32,000 bases of DNA from Promethearchaeum syntrophicum (lineage in GTDB: Archaea; Asgardarchaeota; Lokiarchaeia; Sigyniarchaeales; Promethearchaeaceae). This document shows positions 28,714 to 32,000 of this stretch, piece by piece. Within the stretch, counting starts at the first letter, position 1. Each line of letters opens with the position of its first letter. Made by a program: the position numbers and the translations under genes. Below the pieces are notes generated by a model that saw only the letters and a program-made list of their open reading frames with translations, did not search any database and had not been told where the DNA came from. Location of the stretch: assembly GCF_008000775.2 (NCBI RefSeq), contig NZ_CP042905.2, forward strand, positions 3,960,001 to 3,992,000, in the 5' to 3' direction.

Positions 28714-28995
28714 TTAAAAAGAAACATCATACATATTTAAAAGCTCATCATCTTTATTCCCGATATTATAATTACTCAGTCGAGTATACTTATGATATCT
28801 GGAATATTTATTGGAAACAAATTTTTTTTCCAATTTTCTTTTCACTAACTTTCCTATTTCATAGAGCGACATTAACACTGGAATAGATATTAATAACAAC
28901 CCTATAGAGTTATTATTGAAAATTAAATAGACCGCGCCTAACAAACTACTAATCGATAATGCTTTTTTTAACCATTTTTTCATTTTTTTCATCAT
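28714..28995 (-). CDS. Small membrane protein, hypothetical
   Basis: 93 aa with about two hydrophobic segments and a polar tail. GGAG lies immediately upstream, so a start at the fifth-codon ATG is also possible. Confidence 0.45.
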   Translation of the reverse strand: MMKKMKKWLKKALSISSLLGAVYLIFNNNSIGLLLISIPVLMSLYEIGKLVKRKLEKKFVSNKYSRYHKYTRLSNYNIGNKDDELLNMYDVSF

Positions 28996-29297
28996 CTCCT
29001 TTTTTTCACTAGTTTTGATTATTGGTTCTAAGATTCGTCATTTTAGGGTTCAAATGAGTTTTGAATCTTATCTTGTCTTCAAGTAACCTAGGAGAATTAT
29101 GCTATTTGATTGAAGTCCAAAACAACCATATTGATCCATATGGTTAAATCTTAATTTGATGTTAAAATGAGTTTTTTTTAGAGGAAATAACTAAATTAGA
29201 TTGAGTTGAATTGGTATAGATCATAAATTTTCGCTGATTCGGAGAGAATGAAAGATATGGTTTATTATCATTTTAAATATTATTAAAACGTTTCAAT

Positions 29298-29657
29298 TTA
29301 AATTGACGGTGAAAATTGTTTTTTAAAATCTTCAGTTGTGGAATAAAAAATAAAATGTCCTTTATTTCGGCCAATTATTAGTCCGGCGTCATCTAGTTTT
29401 TTAATATGATGCGTAATTGATCCTTCAGATAGACCCAATATCTTTGCCAAAGAGCAATTACAATACTCGCCTTCCTGGATCAGTTGATAAATCATGAGAC
29501 GATTCTTATTTGCCAAGGCAGAATACCGCTTAAGATTCATCTGAAAATCATCAGATTTGAGTATTTTACCAACATAATCGATTTTTTCTTTAATAAACTC
29601 ACCTGGATTTTCATCGATATCACAAATTTTCAAATAATCTTGGAATCTTGAATTCAT
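29298..29657 (-). CDS. ArsR family winged-helix metalloregulator
   Basis: SALANKNRLMIYQLIQEGEYCNCSLAKILGLSEGSITHHIKKLDDAGLIIGRNKGHFIFYSTT. CxC in YCNCSL sits where ArsR proteins have ELCVCDL. Confidence 0.85.
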   Translation of the reverse strand: MNSRFQDYLKICDIDENPGEFIKEKIDYVGKILKSDDFQMNLKRYSALANKNRLMIYQLIQEGEYCNCSLAKILGLSEGSITHHIKKLDDAGLIIGRNKGHFIFYSTTEDFKKQFSPSI

Positions 29658-29683
29658 ATTAATTGAAATGAATTATGAAAATA

Positions 29684-29713
29684 AAAACATTTTGATTGTT
29701 TTTGAAATGTTTT
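29684..29713. promoter_or_regulatory. Inverted repeat AAAACATTT-N12-AAATGTTTT upstream of arsR-like gene; candidate operator
   Basis: 9-bp perfect arms at 29684..29692 and 29705..29713, 27 bp upstream of the regulator start. The half-site recurs at 29872..29880 on the side of the divergent gene. Confidence 0.45.
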
Positions 29714-29952
29714 AAAGAACGATAATAAAAATTTAGGTAATTGAGACAAATGAAGATTTATTAATAAAAATGAATTGGATGTGATTCTATTAGAATATGA
29801 AATTTAGGTAATTTAAAATTACAAGAAATCAAATTGAATTCAAAAGTTATTTTTCTCTTTTTGCATTTATCAAAACATTTTAACAAAGTTTAAATTGAAA
29901 TTTTCTTTTCTTTTTTTTGAATATACATCTTTGAAATATTGGGTGATATATT

Positions 29953-30231
29953 ATGAAAAATGAAATAACAATTAGTGTAATGGGACCAAAAATTCCCTGT
30001 AATAATTGCCGAAATACTCGAAAAACTGTTTTTCGAGCTTTAGCAGAATATGAACAATTCGATCTAAAAGTTACAATTCAACATTTAGAACTGAACACCA
30101 AAGAATCTATTGCAAAAATGGGAGTGTTGAGAGGTCCGGCCCTCATTTTTGATGAAATGCTTGTATACGAAGGAAAAATTCCTTCAAAATCAGAAATCAA
30201 ACAAGCTTTGAAGCAGTATCTTGCTTTATAA
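29953..30231 (+). CDS. Small thioredoxin-like redox protein (Thioredoxin_3-like)
   Basis: ITISVMGPKIPCNNCRNTRKTV...MGVLRGPALIFDEMLVYEGKIPSKSEIKQAL: CxxC after the first strand and cis-Pro-like GPALIF. Confidence 0.8.
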   Translation: MKNEITISVMGPKIPCNNCRNTRKTVFRALAEYEQFDLKVTIQHLELNTKESIAKMGVLRGPALIFDEMLVYEGKIPSKSEIKQALKQYLAL

Positions 30232-30252
30232 CTTTAATGGGTGAATTCATCG

Positions 30253-31290
30253 ATGTCAAACAATACACGAATAAAATTTGAAAATGCTGCTATGTTAGCA
30301 GTATATGCTTTAGTACTTGGGTTTTTTATCTATGGTAAAGTTATGCTATATACAAATCCCGTTCCGGAGCAATTACCGGATTATAGTTCATATCCTTTTT
30401 ATTTGATTCCAATAATGTATATTTGGAATTATTTAAAAGCGGCTTGGTTCTCAATTTTACTAGCATTTTTACTCTCAGGAATCATTCAAGAAGTGCTTCC
30501 TCAAGATATCATTGAGAAATATTTAAAAAAAGATAAATTAAGAAATTATTTCATTGCAGCAGCTCTTGCCCCATTATTTGTCACATGTAGTTGTTCGGTT
30601 ATTCCCATTTATGTAGGGATTGTTGCCGCAGGAGCAAGTTTAGGTGTAGCTATGACCTTTTTCCTTATGGCCCCCGCAGCTAATTTAATTACAATACTTC
30701 TTACAGGAGAATATATTGGTTGGGATTTAGGTATTTGGCGACTAATCTTCTCTTTAATTGCAGCGGTCCTTTGTGGAATTATTTTTGATAAAACAAAAAT
30801 TGCTCGTAAATTAGAAGAACAAATTTCTCCAATGAAAGTTGGGAGAGCAAATAGAATGCAACTTAAATTACCTCTAAATGATAGACTGAAAAATATGTAT
30901 CGATTCTCATTCCAAGTTTTTAAGAAAATTTTTCCTCTGTTACTCTTAGGACTAATTATTGTCAGTTATATTGCAGCATACTTACCTGATAATTGGATCG
31001 AATTATATTTTACCGGATTTTTAGGTATAGTTATTGCAGCAGTCCTTGGTGGGCCTTTATATACCCCTACATTAGTTGAAATTGTTCTCACACGAGAGTT
31101 TATAAATAAAGGAATGACTAGGGATGTGGCTTTGTCATTTATGATGGGACAACCCTATGATATAGTATCGATGGTTCCCAACTCTAAGTATTTTAAGTGG
31201 CAAGGAGTTTTATTATATACGGTTATATTCTTTTTATTTAGCATCATCTCTGGGGTGCTCTACGGGTTAGTGTATGGTTTGTACAACTAA
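30253..31290 (+). CDS. ArsP/DUF318-type permease
   Basis: Multi-TM; LAPLFVTCSCSVIPIYVGIVAAGASLGVAMTFFLMAPAANLITILLTGEYIGW and GGPLYTPTLVEIVLTREFINKGM are characteristic. ATG at 30253 preferred over GTG at 30241, which overlaps a GGGTGA Shine-Dalgarno-like sequence. Confidence 0.85.
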   Translation: MSNNTRIKFENAAMLAVYALVLGFFIYGKVMLYTNPVPEQLPDYSSYPFYLIPIMYIWNYLKAAWFSILLAFLLSGIIQEVLPQDIIEKYLKKDKLRNYFIAAALAPLFVTCSCSVIPIYVGIVAAGASLGVAMTFFLMAPAANLITILLTGEYIGWDLGIWRLIFSLIAAVLCGIIFDKTKIARKLEEQISPMKVGRANRMQLKLPLNDRLKNMYRFSFQVFKKIFPLLLLGLIIVSYIAAYLPDNWIELYFTGFLGIVIAAVLGGPLYTPTLVEIVLTREFINKGMTRDVALSFMMGQPYDIVSMVPNSKYFKWQGVLLYTVIFFLFSIISGVLYGLVYGLYN

Positions 31291-31524
31291 TCGAATTTAA
31301 TTACAAAATTTTTTCTTTTCTTTTTTGATAAAATATGGGAATGAATTCTGCTCTTATTTACTCAATTTAAATAGGTTTGAATTTCTATAAATTTTCGATG
31401 ATTTCTATATGAAATAAGTAGAAAAATCATCTCTCAATGCAAATTATGGAACTCCAATTTAAGAAATGATTTATTAACGACAGATATATATATTATATTA
31501 AATATACACTTCAATTAGAGCAAA

Positions 31525-32000
31525 ATGAATTCATGGATAGTTTTGTTTTTCCATTTAGTAATTTATTCAATTTTTCCGTTATTTATGATTAAAGCTCAAA
31601 AGAGCATTAGGTTATCATTTTTTTATATTTTTACTGGAATGCTCTTTACTTTTTCCAATATTTTAGGTGCAATGTACTCAATCTCGTTGCCGAATGGGAT
31701 ACTCCTATCGGGAGGAAGCATTGCTTATTGCGCTTTGATAATGAACGTATTATTAATTGTAATTACAGAAAGAAATCCAAGAATAATTCGGTATATTATC
31801 TTTTTTGATGTGATTCTTAGTATATTCTTTTTTGTATTCTATAAATTTCTTGTGTATTTAATTGAAAATGAATTCGTTGTTTCTATATTTGAATTTTCAT
31901 CATCAATATTCAGTACAACCAGTTTAATTGTTATAGTTGGGGCTGTGCTATTTATTATTGAACTTCTTTTCATGGTATTCGCCTTTGAATTTGTAAAAAA
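31525..32000 (+). CDS. Multi-pass membrane protein, 3'-truncated by the window edge
   Basis: Open frame from ATG 31525 to the window end (absent from the ORF track, which needs a stop): MNSWIVLFFHLVIYSIFPLFMIKAQKSIRLSFFYIFTGMLFTFSNILGAMYSISLPNG...; at least 5 hydrophobic segments. Confidence 0.65.
   Translation, partial: MNSWIVLFFHLVIYSIFPLFMIKAQKSIRLSFFYIFTGMLFTFSNILGAMYSISLPNGILLSGGSIAYCALIMNVLLIVITERNPRIIRYIIFFDVILSIFFFVFYKFLVYLIENEFVVSIFEFSSSIFSTTSLIVIVGAVLFIIELLFMVFAFEFVK

Noticed and set aside
29294-29305. Palindrome CAATTTAAATTG
   Set aside because: Overlaps the arsR-like stop region and is AT-rich enough to occur by chance; no loop or T-tract to support a terminator.
1-32000. CRISPR arrays, rRNA genes, insertion sequences or integrases
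   Set aside because: No regularly spaced direct repeats of 24-40 bp, no rRNA-like conserved blocks and no transposase or recombinase motifs seen by eye. A tRNA scan could not be run, so short tRNAs in gaps are not strictly excluded.

Overview
AT-rich window with archaeal-type gene content, most likely from an Asgard/Lokiarchaeota-like genome (inference from gene content, not a marker-gene placement). I support about 28 genes. The left half (0.8-8.9 kb) is almost all minus strand: a stand-alone ATP-cone protein, a small zinc-ribbon protein with an internal repeat, a WD40 propeller protein, an M24 peptidase, an alkaline-phosphatase-superfamily protein, a DUF134 regulator and a class V aminotransferase. 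Further right are an Lrp/AsnC regulator, a reductive-dehalogenase-like Fe-S protein with an adjacent MFS transporter gene, and an endonuclease-motif MutL. Then come aEF-1beta with a 54-aa Zn-ribbon gene that the ORF track misses (15015..15179, minus), an acyl-CoA synthetase and an N6-adenine MTase of the large Type II/TaqI-like class. The right end has a secreted M14 carboxypeptidase with a C-terminal sorting-like tail, a Dam-family MTase, an AbrB-PhoU regulator, a TPR protein with an Asgard-style C-terminal domain, an ICMT-like membrane methyltransferase, and a divergent ArsR / thioredoxin-like / ArsP-type permease locus. Genes run off both edges: an ABC ATPase on the left and a multi-pass membrane protein on the right. 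I found no CRISPR array, rRNA, recognisable tRNA or transposase, and no multi-gene system I can confidently call undescribed. The best leads are the RdhA-like/MFS pair, the TPR-plus-C-terminal-domain protein, the stand-alone ATP-cone protein, the two DNA MTases without a visible nuclease, and the palindromic elements in two divergent intergenic regions and beside the AbrB-PhoU gene.
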